Below, piece after piece: positions 18,797 through 28,238 of a DNA stretch of 64,000 nt. The stretch spans positions 299,453 through 363,452 of the forward strand of contig CACPPU010000001.1 of assembly GCA_902635945.1 (NCBI GenBank). Reading direction: 5' to 3'. This stretch comes from an uncultured Candidatus Actinomarina sp. Lineage in GTDB: Bacteria > Actinomycetota > Acidimicrobiia > Actinomarinales > Actinomarinaceae. Under the pieces are notes generated by a model. That model was not told where the DNA came from. It searched no databases and worked only from the letters and a program-made list of their open reading frames with translations. Positions within the stretch are counted from its first letter, which is position 1, and the number at the start of each line of letters is the position of its first letter. Position numbers and translations under genes: made by a program.

Positions 18797-19973
18797 ATGG
18801 GTGCAATAAATATATCAAATGTTGGCAAAGTTTATCCAAATGGAACACGTGCTTTAGAAGATGTCAATATTGAAATCAATGATGGTGAGTTTGTAGTTTT
18901 AGTTGGCCCCTCTGGTTGTGGCAAAACTACTTTGTTAAGAATGGTTGCTGGACTTGAAGACATTACAGAAGGCGAAATTTCTATTGCTGATAATGTAGTT
19001 AATGAAGTTGCTCCTAAAGATAGAGATATCGCAATGGTTTTTCAAAACTACGCTTTATACCCTCATATGTCAGTTTATGACAATATGGCTTTCTCACTTA
19101 AATTACGTAAATTGTCTAAAGAAGAAATAGATAAAAAAGTGAAAGAAGCTGCCAAGACTCTTGAAATTGATGAATTATTAGATAGAAAACCAAAAGCGCT
19201 ATCTGGTGGTCAAAGGCAAAGAGTAGCTATGGGAAGAGCAATTGTGAGAAGCCCTCAAGCATTTCTAATGGATGAGCCTCTATCAAACTTAGATGCTAAA
19301 TTAAGAGTTCAAATGAGAGCTGAGCTAGGACAACTTCACGCTCAATTAGAAACTACAACTTTATATGTGACTCATGATCAAGTTGAGGCTATGACAATGG
19401 GTGATAGAGTTGCTGTCATAAGAAAAGGTGTTTTACAACAAATTGATACTCCAAGAGAAATTTATTTATATCCAAAAAAACATATTTGTGGCTGGATTTA
19501 TTGGAAGTCCTTCAATGAATTTTGTCTATGCAACAGCAACAAAATCAGGAAAAAATATGAAAGTTAAATTTGGTGACAACGAAGTCAAAGTTTCTAATGC
19601 ACCTGAAGCACTTGCTGGTTTTGAAGGAAAAGAAATTGTTGTTGGAGTAAGGCCTGAAGCTTTTGAAGACTCAATTTATGCAAATGATAAAGAATTTAGT
19701 GAACAAGTAAGTATAGAAGTTACTCTTCTTGAACAACTTGGATCAGATACATATGTTCACTTTTATAAAGATATAAAGCCAGTGCAAACAAAAGCAATTG
19801 AAGAAATATTGGCTGATGAAGGAGAAGACATCTCTGTATTAGGTGATGAAACAAAATTTATAGCAAGAATTAATCCAAACTCAACAGTTGAGGAAGGTCA
19901 AAAAATAAACTTAGCTCTTGATCCTACAAAATTGCATTATTTTGATCCAGAAACAGGATTAGCAATAAGATAG
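18797..19973 (+). CDS. Sugar ABC transporter ATPase (MsiK/MalK family), split by an apparent +1 frameshift at an A7 run (19474-19480)
   Basis: [26 protein letters not shown] and YVTHDQVEA in one frame; continuation [14 protein letters not shown] and TOBE region in the next frame. Confidence 0.9.
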
Positions 19974-19974
19974 T

Positions 19975-21234
19975 CTAAAAATTAGAATCTAGTTCTTCTG
20001 TAATATCTTCGATTTCTCTGTAAGCTCTCTCTCTTCCAGTATCAATGTAGTTCTCTAAAGCAACCCATAAAGCATCGGCTCCAATTTTTCTCTCCATTAG
20101 TTCACTGGCATCATATCGAAATGAATTATCCTTCAGAGATTTTATTATCAAATCCCTCTCTTTTGAAGTAATGGGGTTTGCAATATAATTTATATTTTTA
20201 ATATTTGCAGGAATGTAAGAAGAATCTGTATGGCTCATCCATGTTTTTCCAAAACTCTCATCAATTAATTTATCAAAAACTAATTTGGTGTCTTCATCAT
20301 AATTTAAAACAGTTAATACATCACCTATCCCTACAATTGAGTTGTGAGGTGATGGAAATTTAAAAAAATCGTAGTCGGTTTTGAATTTTTTATCCTCTGG
20401 TATGTATAAGGTAGCGTAATGGCCTCCCCATGAAAAAATACAACCAACCTCTTCATTAAGTAAGTTTTTGTAATTATTTCTAAACTCTTTACGAACAATT
20501 CTCTTATTTGATCCATAAACAGCATTTTCAGTAAAGACTAGTTTTCCAATATTATTTATAGAATTAAAAATTGATTTTTCTGAAGAAAGAATTTCTTGTT
20601 TGCTCCATTGGTCATAAATTTCTAATCCGTAATTATTTAGTATTAAGTCCTCTAGCCAATTGGTAGCTATCCAGCCTGTAGAAGCACCACTTTCAATATC
20701 TAAGCACCATAGGTCTTTGTTTTCTTTTGAGTAATTAGTTGTGAACTCAAGAAGCTCATTGTAAGAATTAAACTTTGGTGAATCAATTTCTTCATATTTT
20801 TCGACACTATACCAAATTAATGAATTTGGAAATAATCTAAAAAATGCTCCGTAATTTTTCTTTGAATTATTCGATGTTGTAATTTCTTGAAGGTGCTTTG
20901 AGTAGTAACTTTCCATTGTTTCTTTTGAAACTATTTGATCCATTGACAAAATAATTCCTCTATCACCTAAATTTGTAACTCCTTGTGGGTTTGGAATTAT
21001 TGCAATATCAATATCAGAATTACTATTTTCAATTAAATAAGTCTCTATGTCAGAGTGTGTTTCATATTTTATTTTTATACCAGTTGAGTCTTCAATGCTT
21101 TTTAATTCTATTTCAAACTTTTCTAGATCAGTCATTTGCGGGCCAGCAACAACAACGTCAATTGGCTGGTAAGCAAAGAATGAAAAAGCTATTGTTACAA
21201 ACAAAAATATTACTAAAAATTGCCTATTTACCAT
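19975..21234 (-). CDS. Sugar ABC transporter substrate-binding protein (AglE-like), second paralog
   Basis: N-terminal signal/TM, PNPQG, SLIWY, TGWIATNWLED and FRYDASELM, homologous to 24905-26203. Confidence 0.85.
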   Translation of the reverse strand: MVNRQFLVIFLFVTIAFSFFAYQPIDVVVAGPQMTDLEKFEIELKSIEDSTGIKIKYETHSDIETYLIENSNSDIDIAIIPNPQGVTNLGDRGIILSMDQIVSKETMESYYSKHLQEITTSNNSKKNYGAFFRLFPNSLIWYSVEKYEEIDSPKFNSYNELLEFTTNYSKENKDLWCLDIESGASTGWIATNWLEDLILNNYGLEIYDQWSKQEILSSEKSIFNSINNIGKLVFTENAVYGSNKRIVRKEFRNNYKNLLNEEVGCIFSWGGHYATLYIPEDKKFKTDYDFFKFPSPHNSIVGIGDVLTVLNYDEDTKLVFDKLIDESFGKTWMSHTDSSYIPANIKNINYIANPITSKERDLIIKSLKDNSFRYDASELMERKIGADALWVALENYIDTGRERAYREIEDITEELDSNF

Positions 21235-22118
21235 AAATGTGCTGCGCCTCTAACACCGCTTGATGAACCATGTTCAGCTTTTACTATTGGAGTTAGAAAT
21301 ATGTCAGAAGCAAGGTAAGGGATAATGTTTTTTGGAATTTCCTCATAAAGCTCATCTATATCAGACATACCTCCTCCACAAACAATTACATCAGGATCAA
21401 GAATATTAACAAAAGAACTAAAAGCTCTAGCAGTTCTTTCAAAGTACACTTTCATTATTTCTTTTACCTCTTCATCCCCTCTCCTATAAAGATCGACTAT
21501 CTCTCTAGATGATTTTTTAAAGCTAGTTTTAAATTCATACCAACTCTCTAATCCTGGACCAGATAAAAATATTTCAATCGCCCCAACTCTCCCACAATGC
21601 CTTTTTATAGACTTTTCATAGTCGTCCATCGGTCCAGGAATTGGATTTTGTCCCCACTCTCCAGTTAATTTATTTGGACCAACAACAAGCTGTTTATCAA
21701 CAACATACCCTGCTCCAACGCCTGTTCCTAAAATAACTGCAAATACTGAATTGAAATCTTTTCCTGCACCATCTATAGCTTCAGATAAAGCAAGACAATC
21801 TGCATCATTAGCTATTTTTACTTCAAAACCTAACTTTTCTTCTAAATCTTTTTTTACATTTTGTCCTTCAAGTGCTTTTGTGTTTGATACCTGTACTAAC
21901 CCTGTTTTAGGATGAAGAGATCCAGGCATTCCAATACCTACAGTTATTTCTTTATTATTATCTGCTGTCTCAAGAATAAGGTTATGTACAGCGTTTAAGA
22001 TATCTTGGTAATCATCTTTTGGTGAGTCAATTCTGTTTCTTGTAAGTTCTTCATTTGTAACTGGGTCTAAAGCGATAGCCTCCAGCTTTGTTCCACCCCA
22101 ATCAAGACCTATTTTCAT
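21228..22118 (-). CDS. ROK-family sugar kinase (fructokinase Mak-like)
   Basis: DWGGTK, GMPGS, NDADCLALSEA, ILGTGVG, GEWG and GGGMS motifs. Confidence 0.9.
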   Translation of the reverse strand: MKIGLDWGGTKLEAIALDPVTNEELTRNRIDSPKDDYQDILNAVHNLILETADNNKEITVGIGMPGSLHPKTGLVQVSNTKALEGQNVKKDLEEKLGFEVKIANDADCLALSEAIDGAGKDFNSVFAVILGTGVGAGYVVDKQLVVGPNKLTGEWGQNPIPGPMDDYEKSIKRHCGRVGAIEIFLSGPGLESWYEFKTSFKKSSREIVDLYRRGDEEVKEIMKVYFERTARAFSSFVNILDPDVIVCGGGMSDIDELYEEIPKNIIPYLASDIFLTPIVKAEHGSSSGVRGAAHLW

Positions 22119-22119
22119 A

Positions 22120-22701
22120 TCATTTACTCAGTTCAAAATTAATACTATACCTCTCTATGTTACTTGTGAAGATTAATTCAATTTCCTTATTGTTATCAAC
22201 TTTCCATATATTTGGAGCATCTGGATAAACACCTCCGTAATCAGTGGCTACTCCAACATAAAAAGTCTCGCCATTAGTCATATTTACATTTAAATAACGA
22301 GCGTAGTAAAAATAATTATCACAACGATCATCTATCTCATTTAAAAATCTACCTTTTATGGAAGATTTAAAATTGAATTTTTGTTCTAATAAAATGCTGA
22401 ACTCTCCAGCTCCAAAACCATCCCATTTTGGACCAACACAAACACCATTAAACTCGCTTTCGTAATCATCTCTAAACTTCATATCAAAAACCATTTCGAT
22501 GTTATCAATCATGCTTGAGTTTTTGGGAAATGCTTGAAATTCTATTTCTATATTCTCTGAATTAGACTCGTAAATATTAAATGTAAATCTAGAGTCAATA
22601 AGATTAATATCACTCTCAGATTCAATGGAATAGTTGTAGGTACTAGTAGTAGTGCAGGAAATTATTAGTAAAGATATTAATAAATATCTAAGTAGGCTCA
22701 A
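22120..22701 (-). CDS. Hypothetical lipoprotein
   Basis: Signal peptide ending LLIISC; coupled between the permease and the ROK kinase. Confidence 0.6.
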   Translation of the reverse strand: MSLLRYLLISLLIISCTTTSTYNYSIESESDINLIDSRFTFNIYESNSENIEIEFQAFPKNSSMIDNIEMVFDMKFRDDYESEFNGVCVGPKWDGFGAGEFSILLEQKFNFKSSIKGRFLNEIDDRCDNYFYYARYLNVNMTNGETFYVGVATDYGGVYPDAPNIWKVDNNKEIELIFTSNIERYSINFELSK

Positions 22702-23600
22702 CCCTTTACAGCCCCGCCAATTAATCCTCTAATAAAGAAGCGTTGAAGCCCAAAAAATACACCTAACGGAACAAGTATTGAAATAATCGCCCCAGATGTT
22801 CTCAAATGCCAAGCTTCTCCAAATCTACCTACAACAATTTGGGACATGTGAGAAGTCACGACTAAATTTTCAGGTTTGTAAATACCCAAGAAAACATTTG
22901 CCACTAGAAAGTCGTTATATACCCAAAGAAATTGAAAAGTTGCAAATGCTGCAATACCTGCAACGGATAGCGGTAAAACTAATCTAAAAAAAGTAGTAAA
23001 GTTTGTAGCACCATCGATCTTTGCAGACTCAATAACACTTCTTGGCAGACCCATCATAAAATCTCGTAATAGGAAGGTTGCTAAAGGAAGTCCGAACCCT
23101 GTGTGAGCAAACCAGGTAGCCACAAAAGTACCATTTAAATCGAGTGCTGGAATAATTGGTATGCCAGCAATTTCAATTCCATCTTTAAACAATTGTACTA
23201 AAGGTATTAGTGACATCTGTAAAGGGATAATCATAGAGCCAACAACAAAAAGAAATAGAACATTTTTCCCTCGAAATTCCATGAAAGCAAAAGCGTATGC
23301 AGCGAAAGCAGCAATAGTAATTGGGATTATTGTAGAAGGAATCGTGACAGCAAGAGAATTATAAAATGATCGATCTAAATTTTCTGCTCTAAAGACTTCC
23401 TGATAGTTTTGTAAACTTAATTCAGACCAAATTGTACCTGTATAAATTGCATCCCACCAAGAAGTTCTTTTTATTGCCTCTCCTGGTCTAAATGAACTTA
23501 AAAGGAATCCAAAAATTGGGAAAATCCAAGTCAATGCAATTGAGACAAGAATTAGTTTTGTCATAGGTTTGTCGTACCATTTTTGTGTATTTCTTGTCAT
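22698..23600 (-). CDS. Carbohydrate ABC transporter permease (AglG/MalG-like)
   Basis: EAA motif ESAKIDGA, FQFLWVYND, FFIRGLIGGAVKG. Confidence 0.93.
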   Translation of the reverse strand: MTRNTQKWYDKPMTKLILVSIALTWIFPIFGFLLSSFRPGEAIKRTSWWDAIYTGTIWSELSLQNYQEVFRAENLDRSFYNSLAVTIPSTIIPITIAAFAAYAFAFMEFRGKNVLFLFVVGSMIIPLQMSLIPLVQLFKDGIEIAGIPIIPALDLNGTFVATWFAHTGFGLPLATFLLRDFMMGLPRSVIESAKIDGATNFTTFFRLVLPLSVAGIAAFATFQFLWVYNDFLVANVFLGIYKPENLVVTSHMSQIVVGRFGEAWHLRTSGAIISILVPLGVFFGLQRFFIRGLIGGAVKG

Positions 23601-24823
23601 GAATCTAAATTATCCCTCTCTCGGAGTGCAGTTCCAATGATGACTGGGAGGACGCAAATAAATATTATCACTGCAACTGTTGAGGATCGGCCAAAATTTC
23701 TATATTTAGAAAATTCATCTAGCATTTTTACTGCTAATAAGTTAGTTTCTAAATCTCCTCTTGTTGATACATAAATAATATCAAAAGCTTTAAGTACAGT
23801 CACAACCATATAGGTACCCACAACTACAATTGTGCTTTTTATGTATGGGACAACAATTGATCTAAAAATCCGTATTTCAGAGGCTCCATCAATCTGTCCT
23901 GCTTCCATTATCTCAGCAGGAATAGCTTTTATACCAGCAGAAAAAACTACGGCAGCAAATCCTGTGTACATCCAAACCATAATCACCATCAATAAAAGAG
24001 TGTTTATAGGAAGGTTCACAAACATATTTGATAACCAACTTCCGTCTTGAAGAGTTTCAGCAATTGGAAGTGCTGATAAGTCTCTCTGTTGCAACCAACC
24101 AACAGGAGCAACACAACTCGCATCGTCAAAACCATAGAACTCACCATCAATAATTCTATTGTTGTAACAGTTGTCACCTTTTGAAACCCTTATACCATTT
24201 ATTATTCCAATTTGAGTTAATGGTGGAGGTCTATATTCATAGATGAATTTAAAAATTGCGGTTGCACCTACTGCTGATATTGCCATAGGCATAAAAACTA
24301 TTGATTTAAAAAAAGATTCACCTTTATTCAATCTATCAGTTAACCAACCAACAACAAGACCTACGATTAGTGTTAAGGTCACAACAGCAATAAGCCAAAT
24401 AACCTGATTTCTAATTGTTGTAATCATTTCTGCATCGGTAACTGCCCAGACATAATTTTCAAAACCAACAAAATCATTGCTATATCTATCTTTAAAACTC
24501 AAATAAAGAGTTCTTACTGCTGGATAAAATAAAAATAAGCCAATCATAAATATTGATGGACCAACAAACATCCTAGCCTCCAAGACATCCCTGGAATCTT
24601 TTGGAGCAAAATTAATCAGCTTATTCATGCCTAAAAACAATAAAAATATAAATGTAGAACCTAGTGGGATTGCTATTAAGACGAGTACATTACGAGTAAC
24701 GATTTCAGTAAGCTCTCTAAATAAAATTGCTTGAGACAGAAACCAAAATAATGGGAAAATTGCTAAAGCTAAAGTCGATATTCCAAAGTTAAAAAGCTTT
24801 TTTTCTTGTGTGTTCTGTTTCAT
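23597..24823 (-). CDS. Carbohydrate ABC transporter permease (AglF/MalF-like)
   Basis: FVGFENY, FMPMAIS, EAGQIDGA and LKAFD; start placed at ATG 24823 because the longer ORF overlaps a hairpin. Confidence 0.92.
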   Translation of the reverse strand: MKQNTQEKKLFNFGISTLALAIFPLFWFLSQAILFRELTEIVTRNVLVLIAIPLGSTFIFLLFLGMNKLINFAPKDSRDVLEARMFVGPSIFMIGLFLFYPAVRTLYLSFKDRYSNDFVGFENYVWAVTDAEMITTIRNQVIWLIAVVTLTLIVGLVVGWLTDRLNKGESFFKSIVFMPMAISAVGATAIFKFIYEYRPPPLTQIGIINGIRVSKGDNCYNNRIIDGEFYGFDDASCVAPVGWLQQRDLSALPIAETLQDGSWLSNMFVNLPINTLLLMVIMVWMYTGFAAVVFSAGIKAIPAEIMEAGQIDGASEIRIFRSIVVPYIKSTIVVVGTYMVVTVLKAFDIIYVSTRGDLETNLLAVKMLDEFSKYRNFGRSSTVAVIIFICVLPVIIGTALRERDNLDS

Positions 24824-24851
24824 ACAATTTTTTAATTTTACCTTATTAGAT

Positions 24852-24881
24852 AAAAGATAGCCACCCAAATGGGTGGCTATC
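24852..24881 (-). terminator. Stem-loop between the binding-protein and permease genes (partial terminator or mRNA stabiliser)
   Basis: GATAGCCACCC/GGGTGGCTATC perfect stem followed by a short U tract on the minus strand. Confidence 0.75.
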
Positions 24882-24904
24882 AAATTTAATGATCAGTTCT
24901 TAGC

Positions 24905-26203
24905 TTACGGCCAAGACTTATCAATATTATCCATTGCAGTACCAATGTAACCTGGGCCTTCAACAGCTAAGTTCATCATTTCTTTCCAGAATGAACCAGC
25001 TCCAACCTCAGGTGGCATTAGGTCTGATGCATCGAATCTGAATGCATCTGCTGCCAATGCGTCTGTAATAATTGTTCCTAATATTCTGTTGATATCTTTT
25101 GAATATAGGTCATTATTAAATCCAGTGTGAGCACTTAATCTAGCATTGTTTGGCTGTTGAGCTGCAGGCTCGTGGAATGATGCGCTAAGCAAGTATTCCG
25201 CTACAACTTTAGTAGCCTCTCTATCATTAAATGCACCCCACATATCTCCACCACCTAATGCAGCCTTTGGAAGGCTTTCATCGATGACAGGGAATGGGAA
25301 TACTGTTGTCTCAACACCAACTCCTGCCTGAGCTGCCTCTGGCCAGAATGCTGGTATGAAAGATGCTTGTCTATGCATGAAACAACCTGGGTTGCCATTT
25401 GCATCTTTTGAGAACATTGGATCTTGTGCATTACCGAAGTATGTTGATACGATAGCATCAGTACCACCAACAACATAATTTTCTGTATGCATGATTTGAC
25501 TTAATAGTGTTGCTGCATTTGTGACAGTGTCACTAGCGAACTTAAGTTCATTAGTTACCCACTTGTCATAAGATGTAACACCTTCACCGGTACGAAGCAT
25601 AATATCTTCCATCCAGTCTGTTGCTAACCAACCAGATGCACCGTTTGAGTACATACCAAAACAGAATGGATTCATTCCTTCTGAAACGATTTGATCAGCT
25701 AGAGCGATCATTTCATCCCATGTATTTGGAACTGCATATCCTCTTGCTTCAAATTCTGCTGGTTGATACCAAACAATACTCTTAAGGTTAGCTGCATTTG
25801 CACCACCATAAATAACACCGTCAACTGTACCAAGACCTACTAAGTAGGATGAGAAGTTTGACTTATATTCATCTAGATCAATGTCTAGATCTTCAAGTGG
25901 TGTTAACATGCCTCTTTTTGCAGCATCAACTACTGCACCAGGCTGTGGCCACAATGCGAAGTCTGGTGTATCACCAGATTCCATTTGAATTTGGATTTCT
26001 TGCTCAAAGTTGTCAGAACCTTGATATGTAACAATAATTCCAGTTTCTTCTGTTATTGCAGCGATGTTAGCTCTGAAGCCTTCTTGGTCTTCACCAATGA
26101 GAGCACCTGTAATGGTGACCTCTTCACCTTCTAAACTTCCGCCGCCACAAGCACCGAGAATTAAAGTTAACAACAAGAAAGCCACTAGTAATGGTTTCTT
26201 CAT
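24905..26203 (-). CDS. Sugar ABC transporter substrate-binding lipoprotein (alpha-glucoside AglE-like)
   Basis: Lipobox LGAC, PQPG, KSIVWY, SGWLATDWMED, HRQASF and RFDASDLMP. Confidence 0.92.
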   Translation of the reverse strand: MKKPLLVAFLLLTLILGACGGGSLEGEEVTITGALIGEDQEGFRANIAAITEETGIIVTYQGSDNFEQEIQIQMESGDTPDFALWPQPGAVVDAAKRGMLTPLEDLDIDLDEYKSNFSSYLVGLGTVDGVIYGGANAANLKSIVWYQPAEFEARGYAVPNTWDEMIALADQIVSEGMNPFCFGMYSNGASGWLATDWMEDIMLRTGEGVTSYDKWVTNELKFASDTVTNAATLLSQIMHTENYVVGGTDAIVSTYFGNAQDPMFSKDANGNPGCFMHRQASFIPAFWPEAAQAGVGVETTVFPFPVIDESLPKAALGGGDMWGAFNDREATKVVAEYLLSASFHEPAAQQPNNARLSAHTGFNNDLYSKDINRILGTIITDALAADAFRFDASDLMPPEVGAGSFWKEMMNLAVEGPGYIGTAMDNIDKSWP

Positions 26204-26346
26204 TTATTACTTTCCCCTTTGTGTATACGTACGTATGCTAAGAATAAGGTTTCTTAGCAGTATGAAGTATACATTTACGTTATAAAAGTTAAAAGTGAGA
26301 TAGAAATTATTTATCACAAAATAAGGTACTTTGTGAATGTTTAGAG

Positions 26347-26430
26347 TGCCCGGGGGGGGACTCGAACCCCCACATCCTTTCGAATAACGGATTTTAAGTC
26401 CGTCGCGTCTACCAATTCCGCCACCCGGGC
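26347..26430 (-). tRNA. tRNA-Leu (anticodon UAA)
   Basis: GCCCGGG/CCCGGGC acceptor, GGCGGAATTGGTAGAC D-arm, CGGA-CT-TAA-AA-TCCG anticodon arm, long variable arm, GGGGGTTCGAGTCCCCC T-arm; CCA not encoded. Confidence 0.97.
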
Positions 26431-26441
26431 TAATATCTAAT

Positions 26442-27341
26442 CTAATATTTTTTTAATATTAGACCTTCCAAAATATCACTATTTGAAACTTTAATTGAAT
26501 TTACATTATATTTAGAAATAATTTCTTTCGCTAATAGTATTCCTGCTTGAATAGTTTTAGCTCTTTTTGGATCTAGTCCCTTATATTTTGTAATGATTTG
26601 TGGTTCATTTAAGTGCAACAACTCATTACTAATTTTGAAAACATCTTCATTTTTTAACTCAGTTAGGTGTATTTCTTTCTCATTAAATTGAGTCTGTTTC
26701 AAAAAAATTGACGCAAGAGATGTAAACGTGCCTGCGACTCCTACCAATAATCTTCCATCAAATGCATTAGGTTCTAATAGGTGACTCTCTATATACTCTC
26801 TAGCTAGCAATACTGATTTCTCTGGAGGTGGTAGTTTATCAAAAAATAATTCACTAAGGCTGACAACACCAATGTTGACTGACTTTGAGACTATTTTTTT
26901 ATCATCATCATAAATAAACTCAGTACTTCTTCCACCAATGTCGACAATAAGAAAATTTTCCAAACTACCTAAAGAATTTAAAACACCCACACTAGTTAAT
27001 ACGCCCTCTTCTTCACCCGAGACAATATCAACTTCAAAACCGAATTTCTTCTCTATTAGTTGTATAATTTCTTGACTGTTTGCGGCATCTCTAAGAGCAG
27101 CTGTACCAACAATTTGAATATTTTCAACGTTGTTTTTGTTTATAGTTTTAAAGTAGCCTGCAAGTACTTTTAATACTCTCTTTGTAGCTACTTTAGAAAT
27201 AATTTTTGATTCTGATAATTTATCAGCCATTCTTGTGACTTGATGTTCTTTATAAATTGTAGTTAATGTGCCGTTGGCTATATCTGCAATGAGCATCCTT
27301 GTAGAGTTAGAGCCAAGATCAATTGATGCAGCTCTTACCAA
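26442..27341 (-). CDS. ppx: Ppx/GppA family exopolyphosphatase
   Basis: IDLGSNSTR, GTAALRDA, SGEEEG and DIGGRSTE motifs. Confidence 0.93.
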   Translation of the reverse strand: MVRAASIDLGSNSTRMLIADIANGTLTTIYKEHQVTRMADKLSESKIISKVATKRVLKVLAGYFKTINKNNVENIQIVGTAALRDAANSQEIIQLIEKKFGFEVDIVSGEEEGVLTSVGVLNSLGSLENFLIVDIGGRSTEFIYDDDKKIVSKSVNIGVVSLSELFFDKLPPPEKSVLLAREYIESHLLEPNAFDGRLLVGVAGTFTSLASIFLKQTQFNEKEIHLTELKNEDVFKISNELLHLNEPQIITKYKGLDPKRAKTIQAGILLAKEIISKYNVNSIKVSNSDILEGLILKKY

Positions 27342-27853
27342 ATTACTTTCCAGTCTTTATTTTTTTCAAATGTCTTAGGATTTATACAGGCTTCTTCACA
27401 ATTAAAACTTCCTATAGATTCAACAACAATTTTTCCTATTACGTTTTTTCCAGTCGAAAGTTCGTCTGCAGTATGGGAGTGTAAGCATTTAATAGATTCT
27501 GTAGCACCACCTACCCCACCTGTAGCTTGTGGCCCAGAATTATCATTAGCTAACTCTTCTCTTTCAGCTTGATATGTTTTCTGTCGAGATTGCCACTTCT
27601 CTTTAAGGTCAGGATTGTTTTCTAATTCTTTATCTAACTCTTTTATGAGTCCTTGAGATTCTAAAGATCCAATTTTTTTATTGTACATAGGACAAGTAAG
27701 CCAATATGTTGTTGGAAATGGAGTTCCGTCATTTAGTTTTGGTGGAACTTTTATGACTGCCGGAATATCAAGATGACATCTACAACTGACTTCTGAATCA
27801 CTTCTGAGCTCTCTGCCGATTTGTTGCTGAACGATTCTGGAATCGTTATTCAC
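27335..27853 (-). CDS. DUF501 family protein
   Basis: DGTPFPTTYWLTCP, GGVGG and KCLHSH; conserved eno-divIC-DUF501-ppx synteny. Confidence 0.9.
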   Translation of the reverse strand: MNNDSRIVQQQIGRELRSDSEVSCRCHLDIPAVIKVPPKLNDGTPFPTTYWLTCPMYNKKIGSLESQGLIKELDKELENNPDLKEKWQSRQKTYQAEREELANDNSGPQATGGVGGATESIKCLHSHTADELSTGKNVIGKIVVESIGSFNCEEACINPKTFEKNKDWKVIW

Positions 27854-28238
27854 CTTCTTTACCGACCACGTAATCTATTACATACTCAATTAAACTTTTA
27901 CCTCTGTCTGACTTTAAGGTTTCTTCAATTGGAGTTACTGGTTCTGGAACTTCAAATCTATATAAAACTTCTCCTTGTTCTCCATAGCCTCTTTTTCTGA
28001 GAATTAATTCAGCTTTATCTGGATCATCTAAGTCCGAAATTTGTTGATTCCAATCATCTATTTGATTTTGCAGTACAACAATTTCTTCCTGCCTATCCTC
28101 TAATGAGTTTTGTAAAACTTTTAATTTGTCATAACTTTCCTGATAAGTATCAAATAAAAAGAAAAGGAAGGAAGAAATTAACGTAAAAATTAATAATCTG
28201 GAAAATATATTATTACCTATAGTTTTTAAACTTGCCAT
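27846..28238 (-). CDS. Septum formation initiator (FtsB/DivIC family)
   Basis: TM helix plus coiled coil, then DPDKAELILRKRGYGEQGE; directly after eno. Confidence 0.8.
   Translation of the reverse strand: MASLKTIGNNIFSRLLIFTLISSFLFFLFDTYQESYDKLKVLQNSLEDRQEEIVVLQNQIDDWNQQISDLDDPDKAELILRKRGYGEQGEVLYRFEVPEPVTPIEETLKSDRGKSLIEYVIDYVVGKEGE

Noticed and set aside
24824..24883. N-terminal extensions given by the ORF track for the permease (and for pyrF, the PRTase and phr)
   Set aside because: They overlap hairpins or upstream genes; downstream ATGs fit translational coupling or promoter spacing better.
26300..26346. Possible third Rex/CRP box upstream of the sugar-binding protein
   Set aside because: Half-sites are in the reverse arrangement (TCACA...TGTGA) with the wrong spacing, so this is not a full site.
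26347..26430. tRNA-Leu(UAA) as a bldA-like developmental switch
   Set aside because: TTA codons are abundant in housekeeping genes here, so it is an ordinary tRNA despite the conserved position.
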